In this document: positions 33,581-46,731 of the stretch, piece by piece
Position numbering within the stretch: position 1 is the first letter of the stretch
How the letters are laid out: each line of letters starts with the position of its first letter
Assembly: GCA_001600695.1 (NCBI GenBank)
Contig: BCKQ01000001.1
Coordinates: forward strand, 1,418,826-1,482,825
DNA length: 64,000 bases
DNA from: Ascoidea asiatica JCM 7603
Taxonomy: Eukaryota; Fungi; Ascomycota
Reading direction: 5' to 3'
Notes under the pieces: generated by a model
Databases searched by the model: none
The model's input: the letters and a program-made list of their open reading frames with translations, nothing else
Told to the model about the DNA's origin: nothing
Position numbers and translations under genes: made by a program

Positions 33581-34832
33581 AAGGTGTATACAATTCATTG
33601 ATGTTCAATGATTCCAATAGTGATGAATTTTGAGTATTCACCTATGGTATTATTTAAAAATACGAGAGAATTTAACATTACTTACTTCATTACATCTCAA
33701 AAGGTAAGTAACCAACTTACTTGTCTAGTGACTTGTATGAGCAATGAGAATATTACAGAATATTGTAGAAAATCAATTTGATAAAATTCTTTATGTTGGT
33801 GTTCACAAGTTAAAATAAAAATTTAAGCGAAATGAATGATTAATCACAATGTTATTCATAAGAAGTAATGAATGAAAATTTTTCATTTTATAGGGTATTC
33901 AAAAATGTTTTCAAAAGAGTTTTAAACAAGTAGTGACTGTGACTGTGGTATTCAAACTCTTTACACCTTTCACATTTTCATTATCAGAGAGATAAGAGAT
34001 GATACACACATGCTTATCGTAAACTGAAATAGAAGACAAAAGCAAATTATCAATGTGATATATTACAATGAGTGGTTTTATCATTTTCAGATCGTATTTG
34101 AATAAAAGCTAGCTAACAATTCCAATAAAGCAAATCAAACATCAAACAATTGAAGCAAACTACTCAAAGTAAACAATTCTAGGCGAATAATCGAACCGAA
34201 TAAATAAAGCAAATAACTCGAATAAAGCAAGTTTTGAAACGATGCTGAGGATTTGAGGGAACGAAAGATCCATTATTTTGCTCCTTTGTGCCGGTCCCAG
34301 GGGGCTTACACGGGTGTGGATAGACACAAATAGTGCCGAGGAGTGCATTTTGGTGGTAGCTGCCTCAATACGACAGGGGATTTTTATTCGTCAACTCTCT
34401 ATCTTTTAATTAGTGGAGAATAAAGAAAGAAGATTCAAGATTTAAATTCCAATATTATATTATTTATTGATCATTTATACTTATATTCGTGTTTATATCT
34501 ATTGATTGAGATTCACATTCATATTCTCAAATAATTTACGAAACAAACAAGTTTGCTTATTTGCAATTAAGTTCTCTGTCTTATTATTGAAGTTTGCTCA
34601 ATTGAATCAAATAAAATTGAAGTTCATAATGATTTCATTTTAACGTTTTATTACTTTTTTATATTGCAAATTTCATTTACAAGTACTTATCTATTTACGA
34701 GTTTACAAAATTGAATTGAATTAAAAGAAAAAAAAAAATTTTAAATTTGGTTAGAATATGTTTAATTATTGATTAGTTTTTGAATATTTGTGAATTTTTT
34801 ATTTTATTATTTTATCATTAGTTTTTATAGTT

Positions 34833-36305
34833 TCATTCGGATTGATGTGTAAGTACGCTATCCAATTCAAAACTATCATTATAATTATTATGATTATTAT
34901 GATTAATTTCATTATTTTCATTATTCTCATTATTTAGATTAGAGTTATTTAAAGATAAATATTGAGAATTTTCATAATCTTCTTTTGGAATACCAATTAA
35001 ATAAAGATAAAATTCTAATAAAGATAAAATCCAAAGATAAATTAAAAAAGCTGCGGATGTAATTACCATAATATATGCAGAATGATCAATATGAAATGAA
35101 TTAACTAATTTCAATTGCTCTTCATTTGCAGACATGAATAATAAACCAGATTCAACTAAACCAAAAGAAGGTAAATATTGAAATGATAAAATTTCATTTA
35201 AATATGATTTTTTATCTTTTAAAATAAATGAAATTTCTATAATTCTTGAAATTCCGGATAAAATTAAAGATAAACCAAAAAAAAAATGAATTTTTGTACT
35301 TAATTCTAATTTTTGAACATGAACACTCATTGCCCAACCTGTAAATATTAAAATTAATGAAGGTATAAAACTTCTTTTATTTTTTCTTGATAAAAAAATT
35401 CCAAGTAAACCACCAGACCACCAAATTATACCCATTGAAGTATGTTGAAAATCTGAATGACTCCAAGGTTCTTTACCCCATCTATGTTCAGTCCAAGTAT
35501 TTACAAAACCCCAAGCTGTGATAACAATTGAATCATAAAATTCTTGAGAATTTTTCTGATTTTTACCAGTTCTTAACCATGGTATAATTAAAATTATTGC
35601 CATTATTGAACCATATAAAATAAATGAACTACCCATTATACCATGAGCTAAACATTGTCCAGTATGAGAATCTCTACAAAAACCTAATAAAGCAATAGGA
35701 GCTAAACAAATTTTAACCCAACCTGTTAATAAAGTTAAAATTGATAAAATTTTATGTAAAATTATTAAATTTTTTTCAGTTGATTTAATATAAAAATTTT
35801 CAAAAATTTTATTTTTATTTAAAAAATTTGAACCATTTGATAAAGAACCTATAAAAGATGTTAAACATGATAAAATCATTAAAAACCATGCAGTTCCTCT
35901 TGAAGTTCTATTTTCAATATTATTTGAATCTGGAAATCTTAAAAAAATAGCTTCCAAGATTGAATAAATAGTTGAAATATATTGAATAAAAATAAAAGAA
36001 ATATGATAATTAGCTAATGAAAAAACCATTGAAATTGAAGGTAATATTAATAAAAAAAATAAAGATGCTAATAAATGAAACACTTTTGATCCAACATTTT
36101 TAGGATGAGAAGTATCTGAATCATTATCTGAACTCATATCCATACCCATATCCATATCCGAAATTGAATTTGAAATTGAATTAGGAATTGAAATTGCAGA
36201 AGAATCTGGGGATGCAGTAACTAAACAGCCAAGAAATAAGATGAGCAAATAACTCCACAAAAGTGAAGAATGCTTATTTTTAACAGGAAAAGGAATTGAA
36301 ATCAT
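34833..36305 (-). CDS. YTP1: Ytp1-family polytopic membrane protein
   Basis: Signal peptide, MDMGMDM, GQCLAHGIMGSSFILYG, SQEFYDS, NTWTEHRWG.EPWSHSDFQHTSMGIIWWSGGLLGIFL, FQYLPSFGLVESGLLFMSANEEQ. Confidence 0.88.
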   Translation of the reverse strand: MISIPFPVKNKHSSLLWSYLLILFLGCLVTASPDSSAISIPNSISNSISDMDMGMDMSSDNDSDTSHPKNVGSKVFHLLASLFFLLILPSISMVFSLANYHISFIFIQYISTIYSILEAIFLRFPDSNNIENRTSRGTAWFLMILSCLTSFIGSLSNGSNFLNKNKIFENFYIKSTEKNLIILHKILSILTLLTGWVKICLAPIALLGFCRDSHTGQCLAHGIMGSSFILYGSIMAIILIIPWLRTGKNQKNSQEFYDSIVITAWGFVNTWTEHRWGKEPWSHSDFQHTSMGIIWWSGGLLGIFLSRKNKRSFIPSLILIFTGWAMSVHVQKLELSTKIHFFFGLSLILSGISRIIEISFILKDKKSYLNEILSFQYLPSFGLVESGLLFMSANEEQLKLVNSFHIDHSAYIMVITSAAFLIYLWILSLLEFYLYLIGIPKEDYENSQYLSLNNSNLNNENNENNEINHNNHNNYNDSFELDSVLTHQSE

Positions 36306-38467
36306 TTCTAAAGATTATTATCAGTAACCAAGGAACAAAATAACTTTTTTCATTTAATAAACAATAATGAATAACCTAAAAAAAGAATTGAAATATATAA
36401 GAATATATTATTTTCTCAAGTCAATGATTAAATATATTAAACCCCATGAATAAATACAGTATATTAATACAATCAATGTAAATAAAGAGAAAATTGCCAG
36501 AATGCTGCTGAACCAAATTATTGTTAGGCTATTGCGGCTAGCTTTTTGCAATGCTGCACCTGAGACTAGCCAGTAACAATATTAGTGGTACTGTAACTGT
36601 TACTGGAGCTGGAGCTGGAGCTGAGTCTGGAACCATTTAAAAGTGCCGAGAGACCACATCCACGGGTCTCCTTTCATGGACTAATGAAAACAATTTTGAA
36701 ATATCGTTTTTAATGGGAATAGAAATGATAATCAGAAGAGTAAATGAGGATTGTAGTTGAAGGCGAAGAGTAATCAGTTGGATTTACTTCCAGGGATATA
36801 ATTCTAAAGTTCTTCTGTAAGTAATTATTTGAAGGTGGATACCCAAACACTCCTATGTTAATTGAATCAAAAGATGAAAACATTAAATAGCAAAATGATA
36901 AGTTTTAATGAATATAATGAAATTAATTTTTCATTATTAGTATTTATAAATAGTGAAGGATTCTAAGAAGTGAAACTTTTCAAAATAGAAAGTAAATAAC
37001 AAAATTAAAAATTACTTTTAAATTTGAAAAATTTTATTCATTGGAAAAAAATAGTTGATCTAATTGAGATGGACATATTTTTTGAAAATTTATTGCTTTT
37101 GAAATACTGATTTCTTTTACAGAATTTATTTTCTTAAAGAAATTATTTCTCAGATCTGAATAACTTAGAATATGAGCAAAGGATATTTTTATTTTTCCAT
37201 ATTCAAAATAGCTTTTTGAAAATTTCAGTATTCTGGTAAATTTTTAAATGATTAGATTAATTGCTGATTGTTGTTATTCTCCAAAATCAAATCTAACAAT
37301 ATGATTCTGAAAACACAAAACATGCAACTTCAAAAACTTCAATATATAATCACAATAATCAATATGCCATGAATAAGATTGTAATTTTTGCAATCTTTGA
37401 GAGTACAAAGTATTGATTTAATTTGAAAAAAAAGTTTGTGAGATTTGAAATAAACATATACCAATAAAATAGATATGTACAGTAAGTATGTTTATAAAAG
37501 TCTGGTGAATTCATATTTCCTGATTTGAAAACCAAAGTAAAGATTTACATATTTGACAATTTCATGAATCCAATTTGATGATAAACTATTGAACTTTGAA
37601 AATACTTAGGATTTAAATGATTTCTTTAATTATTATTTCCAGTTTGAAATGGAAAACTAATTTTAATTTGAATTTGAATTTATCATTAAAGAACTTTAAC
37701 ATTGGAAAATCTTTCATTCAAGTACCATTTGTATTTAAATCTGAATTCTTTTTGACAACACATTTTTTGTTAATCAGATTGATTTTTTCCAGAACACTGT
37801 AATGCTGTATCTTAAAATACTGCCCTCATCTCAGATGTAACTTTACAAAACTTTTCTAACCTGTCTATTAGTAGCAGCTGGTGAATTGTATTTGCAATCG
37901 CATTGCATTGGCAATTACAAATTGAATTAAATTCTCAAATAAATTCTTGGAGCCAAGACCCTTCTTCTGTCCCTTTGAATAATTTTTGTTCCCGAAAATG
38001 AGAAAAAAAGTATCCAGGTTCAAGTAATGCAAAACTGCTGCAAACCGCTTCTATTTGCATCTGCACTCTAAGTTTTATTCGAGTCGGATACTGTCTCAAA
38101 GAACGTAGAAAAACGCAGTAATTCTGTACACAGTCCCCAGGGGTGTCCATAGAAGGTTCCCAACCTAGGTGACCCAAATTGTTTGTTGTTTTCAGTTTGT
38201 AATATACCATATTGGTTTTGAGATTTAAAAATATCCCAGTGAGATTGAATATCAAAATTATACAGCTAATTTTAGTCAAATTTCCATTTTGGCTGTTCTT
38301 CTTGGTAAACCTAATAAACCCAAACGATGCCTTGAAAAAAAATATCAATATTAAAAACGTTTTGGACACTAAAACCAGGAATGTTAACATTGAAAATCAT
38401 TTAATGTAGATTTGGAAATACACCGTATTTGGAATGTGGCAAGTGAGAAATAGGACAGTGGCTAGTT

Positions 38468-38512
38468 CAGTGTACAGTGTACAGGTCAATGTACACTGTA
38501 CACTGTACACTG
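38468..38512. repeat. Perfect 16-bp inverted repeat built from 7-bp TGTACA(G/C) units
   Basis: CAGTGTACAGTGTACA (38468-38483), spacer GGTCAA, TGTACACTGTACACTG (38490-38505), then one further unit. Confidence 0.92.
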
Positions 38513-40365
38513 TGTATTTGTCCCCTTTCTGGAACCACAGTTCCATAGAAACCACTTCAAAGTCTGGTAAACCTTAACTTAATCCCTTTCTTGTGCTTCC
38601 AATTATCCGAACCCATGGATATTTAAATCCGTAAGTATGGGTTTGAGCCCTGGTAAGTTTTTGGGACAGAATTAATCACGGAAGTTCCTGTTGTAGATGC
38701 ATTGTTGTTGCTACAGTACTGCACTATACAGTTGGCTTCAAAGCTAAAACTTACCAAAAATAGCCATTTTCAAGTCTAGGCTACCCCGTGACTTGAACCC
38801 CCTTTTTGCCAATTTAGACCCCAATTTAGTCACGTATTTATTCGAGACCGGCCACTAGGGTCACCTCGTTTTACTTTTGACGCGTACCTTGTTCATTATT
38901 TCTTCTGTTTACATTTTTTTGTTTACATTTATCTACTTTGGGCTCTTTCGCGTCTGGAATGAGTTCGTCTAGCTTCAACTCTTATATTCTTTGCCTTGGC
39001 TCATTGAAATCTACCAATCTCCCAGCATGTTAACAAAACAACCCTGGAACTTCAGAGCTTTGACGAGTCGATGTAAAAGGAAAAGAAGCCAAATATAAAA
39101 AAACATTTATTCTTCATATTCTTCATTCATCATAATAACAACAATGATAATAATATAATTAACAAATAATAGTGAATATTCTTATTCATATTCTTTAATA
39201 ACTTCATTTATTTCAAGTTTCTCGTAAAAGTAATTATTATATCTTGTAAACTCACATTGTGAAAAAAGAATAAATAACAAAAAGCCAAAAAACCAGTAAT
39301 ACAAAATTTTAATAAAAAACCATGCTAGAACGAACATAAATAAATGTCATTTACTTATTCAATTCTGATACTTTTATTAACTAAGTTCAATAAAAATAAT
39401 CATTTATCTCGCCATTATTGATTTTTTGAATGTTATTTGACGTTGTTAGACTACAATAGTTATTCTTCTTTATATCTCAAACTTATACAACAATTATATT
39501 AATAATAATAACAATAATAATATATTTATAACATACATCATATCATATCATATCATTTCTTATATCTTACACTTCATATCATCGAAAAGAATTTAATTTA
39601 TTCTTTAATTTGATCTTTTCAATTACGTGTAATCATAAAACTAACCTCTTCTACAAATATAAATATTCAATTAATTAACCTATATTTTATTTTAATTTAT
39701 TTTCATTTCATTCAACTAATTAAATCTAATTATCTAAGATATTAAACATTTCTGAAATATATTACAATATATATTGTATATATATAAAATATAAATATCA
39801 ATATCAAATCAATATATAAATAAATAAAATATATAAAGCAGTAATATATCTATTACTTTTACGGTATCATTAAACTTCCAACATTAAACAGTTTATTCTT
39901 GTCATATTCGTTCCTATTCTCCCTTTAATTTCAATCAAATTTAATTACATTCAATACAGTCCAATTAAATTCAATTAAATCTGATAATCAATTTTATTTC
40001 TATTCAAAAAAATAAGAATTAAAAAAAAAAAATAAAGGAAATTATTAATCAACTCAAAGCAAATTAGAAAATTTAAAAATTTACTTAAGAAAATATTAAT
40101 TATCTTATTACTCATACTCAAAACAATAAAATTATTTTAAATTTTCCTTTTTTATCACTTACTTTAATAATAAAAAAAACTTTTTTTTAGGTCAAGTTCA
40201 TTTTCACTACTTCTTAAAGTTTAAAACACCACATCACTCACTTTTTTTTTTTTTTTTTTTTTTCACCCAAGAATTCATTAACTCTCTTTCTCTTTCACTT
40301 TCTATCTCTCTCTCTCATACTCTTCCTTTTATACTTTACTTGATTATTATTCTTTTATATATATA

Positions 40366-41367
40366 ATGTCATTTTATCCAAAAAATAAAAATTATTATTC
40401 TTCTGATGATGATGATGATTATGAATGGGAAAAAGTAAGTATAGATGAAAATTTACCAGGCTCATATCCATTTAATGATAATCAATCTACAGTTGCTGAC
40501 TATTCAATAAATAATAACATAAATTCTAATCCAAATCATACTCATAATCACAATCATAATCATCAATCTCATAATAATAGTAATCCATATTATCCTCCAA
40601 ATCAACCAAATAATTACGATAATTTCTTAAAAAACTTTTATCAATACTCTTCAGATTCAGATTCACCTTCAATTTCAATGGGTAAAAATAATAATAATAA
40701 TAACATTTCAAACAATAATAATAATAATAGTAATGCAAATAATAAAAATCAAAAAAAAAAACATTTTGAACCTGTTCAGGTTTCAATTTATGATGATAAT
40801 ATAACACCTTCTTTTCAATTTCCATATGAAGCTGTAAAAAATTGGATGGGTTTTCAAATGGCTATAGAAGCTGCTTATCCTTCTTATATTCCTCAAATTA
40901 AAAAAAGAGAATTAAGTTTAATTTCCAAAGAACAAAATGCTGCTTTTATTCCAAATCATTATGAAACTTTTATTAAACCAGGTTCAAAAATTGCAATTAA
41001 ATTTAAAAGACCAATAAGAAAAAATAAAAGATCTTCAATTAATAATTCAGTTTCAAATAATACACCTTATAATAATGACAATTATATTACTAATTTATAT
41101 GAAAATGCTGCTTTAGAAGAACCAAATCTTATGAATGTTCCAATGAGTAATGAATTACCTGGTTCAATGAATAATGATCAATTTCATTCTCCTTATGAAG
41201 CTGTATCAAATAATTCAATCATTCCTGATGCTTCAATTACTTCTCCAAAAAGATCAGTTTCATTTAAGAAAAATCATGTTGATATTCCAAGTTCAAATAA
41301 AAATAATAATTCAAATGGCCGTCATTTTGGTTTAAGCAGACGAGCATTATCTTGGATTGCCCAATAA
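40366..41367 (+). CDS. Hypothetical protein with a probable fungal ubiquitin-like domain in disordered Asn-rich flanks
   Basis: Central SFQFPYEAVKNWMGFQMAIEAAY...IPQIKKRELSLI....AAFIPNHYETFIKPGSKIAIKF resembles a filamentous-ascomycete ubiquitin-like domain pattern I recall as KFSFPF.LC.TW.GME.LI.QAF...IGPHV.EG.YDLI...IILPQVWE..I.PDW.ITM. Confidence 0.65.
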   Translation: MSFYPKNKNYYSSDDDDDYEWEKVSIDENLPGSYPFNDNQSTVADYSINNNINSNPNHTHNHNHNHQSHNNSNPYYPPNQPNNYDNFLKNFYQYSSDSDSPSISMGKNNNNNNISNNNNNNSNANNKNQKKKHFEPVQVSIYDDNITPSFQFPYEAVKNWMGFQMAIEAAYPSYIPQIKKRELSLISKEQNAAFIPNHYETFIKPGSKIAIKFKRPIRKNKRSSINNSVSNNTPYNNDNYITNLYENAALEEPNLMNVPMSNELPGSMNNDQFHSPYEAVSNNSIIPDASITSPKRSVSFKKNHVDIPSSNKNNNSNGRHFGLSRRALSWIAQ

Positions 41368-42221
41368 TTTATTTGATATTTTTATTTCATCTAATTTATC
41401 ACGTCTTTGTTTCTCAAATTTTATCTTTTTTTACTATATAAATTCAAAAGTTTTTCAAAGATATTATAATAATATCTCCTTTAATAATCTAGTTTAAGAT
41501 GAATTCAATTGAAAACCATATTTTCAAATTTCATATTAGTCTAATTTGTCTTCGGTATTCAAGATTCATTATTTTTGTTAGCTAATTTATTTTTTAAGAC
41601 ATTTTATTTTATTTTTTATTTCACATGTCTTTCATCATTCTATTTATCATATAATTGGCTTAAGTTTTATTTTTTGTGTGTTCACCTCTGGTTTTTTCTT
41701 TTTTTTTACTCTAAATATTTTCTCTTATATTTTCAATTCTTTTTTTTACCTAGTATACTATATATATTACAAAAAAATAAAAAAAAAATTCAAAAACTTT
41801 AATTAGTTCTCATATTATAGATGAGGTCAATAAACTCTAATGGAGCTTTCAAGTCGACAATCAATGGCTCTGCTCTCTATTTTTATAAAAAAAATAACCG
41901 AAATAAACAAATGAAAATTGAAAGAAATGTTTCAACTTGTTCGGTAATTAAAAATATTATCTGACAGGTTGAAAAGTTTCGTAAACGATATTTTTTGTAT
42001 CATTTATTAACACATAATTTTTTCTGGGTCGAAATTCTTCACAACAGTCAACAAAATTGTTTACTAAAAATATTAAAAGTAAAATTAATTGATTTAGAAA
42101 ACTAAAAATAAATAAAAAATACAAAGAAAAATAAAATTTGAATACAGAAAAAAAACTGTAACAAAAAGAACAAAAAATGAAAAAAATAAAGTTCATCAAT
42201 CCATATATAAAAATAAAAAAA

Positions 42222-45200
42222 TCAAGCTTTTCTCAGAGTGCTTTCAGCTTCTTCCTCAATTGTATCAATTCCACCTCTTACATAACTTCCTGGAATATTT
42301 GTTTCTGCGTTAAGAATTGGGGCAGAGTTTGATTTCTGTGAAATCATACCAAGATCATTACCGGTCAGATTCTTTCCAGTAACTGCATCATAATATCCAG
42401 TGTAATTATCACCAGAGTCAGTAGTATAATTTTGTTGAGTCTGATTTCTTCTGGTATTCTTATTCAAATCATTCATAGAGCTACTTATTCTGGTTCCATC
42501 ACTATTGAAATTATTTGTGTTGTTAATGAAATCAACATCCTTATTCTTATTGGTTAAATCTGATTGAATAAAATTATTATTGTTTGACCCGTCTTGATTG
42601 AAAGCACCACTAGTTTGCTCTAATTGAGGCTCTGAAATATCTTGTTTTTTAGTCGAATCTCTTCCAAGAACAGTATCAATTACAGCTCCTAAAATACTTG
42701 TTTTGGGAGCAGATTTTGGCTGACCGACAGTACTGGAGTTTTGTCGAGTATCAAAATCTTGATCAAGACCTTTGGAGTTATCATTTGAAACTAAACCTGA
42801 ATTCTGATTTCCACCTTCAACAAAATCTCCTTGGTATGATGGTTCTGAATAGTTTTGATTTACTGGTGAAGCACCTTCTATAGGTGAGGTTTCAGAAAAA
42901 TTTTCAAGTCCATTTCCAGTTGCTGTAGAATATTCCTGAGAGTTGAAATCGTTTCTATTGTTTTGACCAGTTGATGAAAGAAAGTTAAGTGGTGGTTGAT
43001 TTGAAGAGTAGGTTTTGACATTATTTGGAGAATTAGTCGAGACTGCCTGGTTTACATCATTTCCTATTTCAATTTGATTTACCGTATTATCTTGTTCAGA
43101 AAACATGTTTTTGGGAGTACTTTCCTCAAAGGCATTTTGTTGTGAAAGCATGTTTGTTGGTGGCTCTGTATAATATTCATCTGAAGGCCCTGGTAAAGAT
43201 TGCTTACCAACTGTATTGGAGTTACTGATAGAATCTGACCGAGCTCTTGTAGTATTCGAGAAGCCTTTATTGAAATTACTAGTTTCAGCTCCAGAATTGG
43301 AATTTTTTGATCCCATTAAAGAGCTAGAAGCGACACCAGCTAAACCGGAAGCTGCTAAAACACCAGAAGAAGAAGTTTTCCCAGAATTGAGAGGATCTGA
43401 TTGATTAAAACCATGCAATTGTTTTCTTGAAACATTACTATTTGAAGGTTCATTGCTGGCTAAAATATTGCCTCTCCTTCCAGTTGTTGGTATATTGGAT
43501 CCAGTATTAATATTTGTGTTTATATTCTCAGAATAACCTTTAGGACCAGTACCTGAGTGTGAAATTGCACTTTGAGCAGCTAATGCAGCAATTGGATTAC
43601 TATTATCTTGCCCTTTTGTTGGATATTTAACTTCATTAGTTTTTATATTATCCAGTTTTCCAATTTTTGGTTTTGCATTGAAACCACTAGATTCAGTTAA
43701 AGGATCATTTGATATATTACTTTTTCTTTGATTTTTTAGACCTTTATGAGAAGAACCTGAAACTATTTTCTGATCAATAGTGGATTTACTAAGGGGAAAT
43801 CCTGAATTAGCCATACCTTTATCACCTTTATGTTCAAGACCACGATTAACAGTTGGTTCCACAGAATGTGCTTTATCATTTACCATTGCTTTCCTACGAA
43901 GTTCTCTTGTTATTGCACTATCACCCTGAGAACTAGATCTGATTCTGGTATTTGTATCTTCTAGAATCTTCTTGTTATAGTCTTTTTCCTTTCTATTTCT
44001 TATTGGAGTGGATTTTTGCTTCAAATACTGATTTTTCGCAAGTTCATAATCATTATTTTCACCAAAGTCTGAATTTCTTGTAGCACTATAACTAGGAGAG
44101 ACTCCACCAATGTTAAGAGGAGCTTGGTTTTCCATATAAGTTTGATTATCATCTGGAAGTTGAGTAGATACACCACCTGCAGCAACATTGGTATTACCAA
44201 TATTTTTAGTATTTGTTAAAGAATCAGGCTGAACAGGATTTGAATGTTGATTTGCAGAAATATTATCATTGAAGCCATTATTATCAGAAGTTAAAACATC
44301 AGAATTAGTTTGATCATAAATTGGATCTTGATTTAAACTTTGATCCGTATTTTGCAAGGCAGAGTCTTTATCTGCAGTATTGTCAGTTTTATTGAAAAGT
44401 GCAGCAGAAAGTCCACCAACAATACCACTAATTCCCATTGTTTCCATTAAACTACTTTTTCTTTCCCCAACATGAGATTCAGAATTTAACGAAGTATTAT
44501 TTTGATCAACAGTTGAATTAAGGTTCTCCATATTATTATTACCAGTAAGGTTTTTATCATAATTATCTGTGATAGGATTGCTTGTTTCATATTCTGTAGG
44601 TCCTGTAACATTTGAGGCAAATTTAGGATCTAAAGTATTATTGACGTTACCAGAGTTTGATACTGTTGTATTTTCAGCATTAATATTGTTATCTGATCTT
44701 TCATTACCAATAATGCCAGTTCCAAGTCCAGCCTTTGGTGAATATTGTTCATCATATCCAGAAGAATTTGTTGCTGTGTTGTTGAAATTTCTACTATCTT
44801 TATTTCTAGAAGCATTATAAGCTGCTCCAGAAACAATTCCAGTACCCAAACCAAGTTTAGCGTTATCATTTGCACTAAAATTAGTTCCTTCATTTCTTGA
44901 GTTGTTAGAGTTATTGTTGTAGCCTAATTGGTTATCAGCATTTAAAGTTTTAAGATTATTTTGAGTTTTGTAACCAGCTAAATTATTTCTTTTTGCATTT
45001 AAACCATTTGTATAAGAATTAGAAGCCAAGGTACTTGATTTCAGAGATCTAGTACTTGAATCATCAAAAGGAACTTCATTTGAACTTAAAGCTCCGGAAA
45101 GATTCTTATTTTGAGATAACTCTTGATTGCCCTTAGAGTATCCTTCATTTTCAGAAATTTCTTCATTGTTGTTAGAAGTCTTTTTTCCGAACATTGAAGA

Positions 45201-46072
45201 AATTAATCCAGCCCCTAACCCAGCCCCTAACCCAGCACCCACTCCAGTACCTGATCCAGTACTTTCTTCAGTACCTACATTGGCTCCAGCACCAGAAGTA
45301 GGAGCAGAAGATGCAATATTTGTAGATTTAAGAGTGTTTCCTGCATTATATTGAGAATTATCATAATCTGTAGCAAGAGGGGTTACATTATTGTCAATGT
45401 TTCCATTATCACCAATACTTTCAGGACCTTTTGCTGTATTGGGACCAATATCATTTTCCAAATTGGAATAATTACCTGGAATTTGATTAGTCGTTGAACC
45501 CATTTCTTCACTTGAAAGGGGAACTCCATTAGAATGTAATCCTGAAGTACCCGCGTAAGTATTTTGAGGTTTTTCAACCATTTGTTCTTGAGTTCGAGTG
45601 ACTTGAGGATCTTGAAACACTTCTTCCCCATTGGAATTCAAAACCACATTCCTTTGAAGTCCAGGATCAACAATATTTGATTCATTAGAATCCAAAGAAT
45701 GAACATTTTTTTCCTCTCCTAATTCAGAATTGCTTGAATTTTGATTTTTATTTCTCGAAAATGCTGTCCAACCAGTTCCTTTTACCGCCTTTAAACCTTG
45801 CTTTCTCCTTTTAATATTGTAAAGATGAAAAAACAAGGCACCTAGAAGAAAAAGTATTAATAAGGGAATAACGACACACAAAGTAATCCACCATTTTCCT
45901 CCACCATGAGGATGAGAACTAGAAGAAGATTCTGAATCTGCCCTTTTTTCTATAATTTAAAAAAATTCAAACGTCAGTTAATAAAATAATTCCAACAATT
46001 TTTCAAATTTAAAGAACAAATCTAACTTTAAAAAAAATACTTACCAAATTTCATATAATAAATTGTACCCAT
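42222..46072 (-). CDS. ~1251-aa single-pass membrane protein with an RCR-like juxtamembrane motif and very long disordered tail; exons 46072-46045 and 45949-42222
   Basis: Exon 1 ATGGGTACAATTTATTATATGAAATTTG|GTAAGT; 95-nt intron with AACTGAC branch (45979-45973) and TAG at 45950. It joins in frame: MGTIYYMKFEKRADSESSSSSHPHGGGKWWITLCVVIPLLILFLLGALFFHLYNIKRRKQGLKAVKGTGW. Confidence 0.82.
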
Positions 46073-46731
46073 AATTAGAACTTATCGATTATTGATAAAA
46101 TATAAGAGATGTGTAAATTACTATAACTACTTAATTGTTAATTGATTGAAATGTATGAATTAATAAATATTATTAGTTATAAAAATGAGATTATGAAACA
46201 ATTTTTAATTAATTCTTGAAAAAGGAAAGAAGAAGAAAAATAAAAGTGAAAACATAAAGTATATATACATGTAATATGCGAAACTCATTATAAAACTATT
46301 TTCATTCATTATAAGATTTAATTCATATAAAAATTTAATTTATAAAGCTTTTCTTATCAAATTTATTGAGATTTTAAATCTTAGTAATAGTAATTGGATC
46401 ATAATCATTATAAATTTCATCATGTCATAACTAAACAAATCTTTTCGTCATTGAGCAATCAAAAAAAAAATAAAAAAAGGATTATAGAGTTATATTCATT
46501 TCATTGATTTCACTGGTTGATTTGAATTGCTTTGATTGAATTGCTTTGATTGAATTGCTCTAAATAAATATGCTAAAAGCTTAAAGTCTTTTGTTTCCTT
46601 TGCATTTATTGACATTCGAAGGAAAATGGAGAAAAAATGGAATTTAAAATCTTAAAATGAAGGAGACCCAGATTATTGGTCTCAATGCAATTTATATATA
46701 TATATTTTTATATATTTTTTTAAATATTTTT

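Noticed and set aside
33200-34400. Purine-rich coding-like fragments and GTAAGT (33704) ... GCTAAC (~34112) on the + strand
   Set aside because: Many stops in all frames and no coherent spliced ORF; too weak to call a pseudogene or intron.
37935-38409. 151-aa (-) and 65-aa (+) ORFs
   Set aside because: No recognisable motif and atypical codon use; they lie at the edge of a GC island.
38630-38810. tRNA T-arm/B-box-like strings GGGTTTGAGCCC and (minus) GGTTCAAGTC
   Set aside because: No cloverleaf or A-box at the right spacing; the T-stem does not pair for the second.
42698-45631. Short ORFs overlapping the 1219-aa ORF
   Set aside because: Alternative-frame or antisense shadows with no independent signal.
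46036-46046. ATACTTACC resembling the U1 snRNA 5' end
   Set aside because: It is the reverse complement of the minus-strand 5' splice site of the RCR-like gene.
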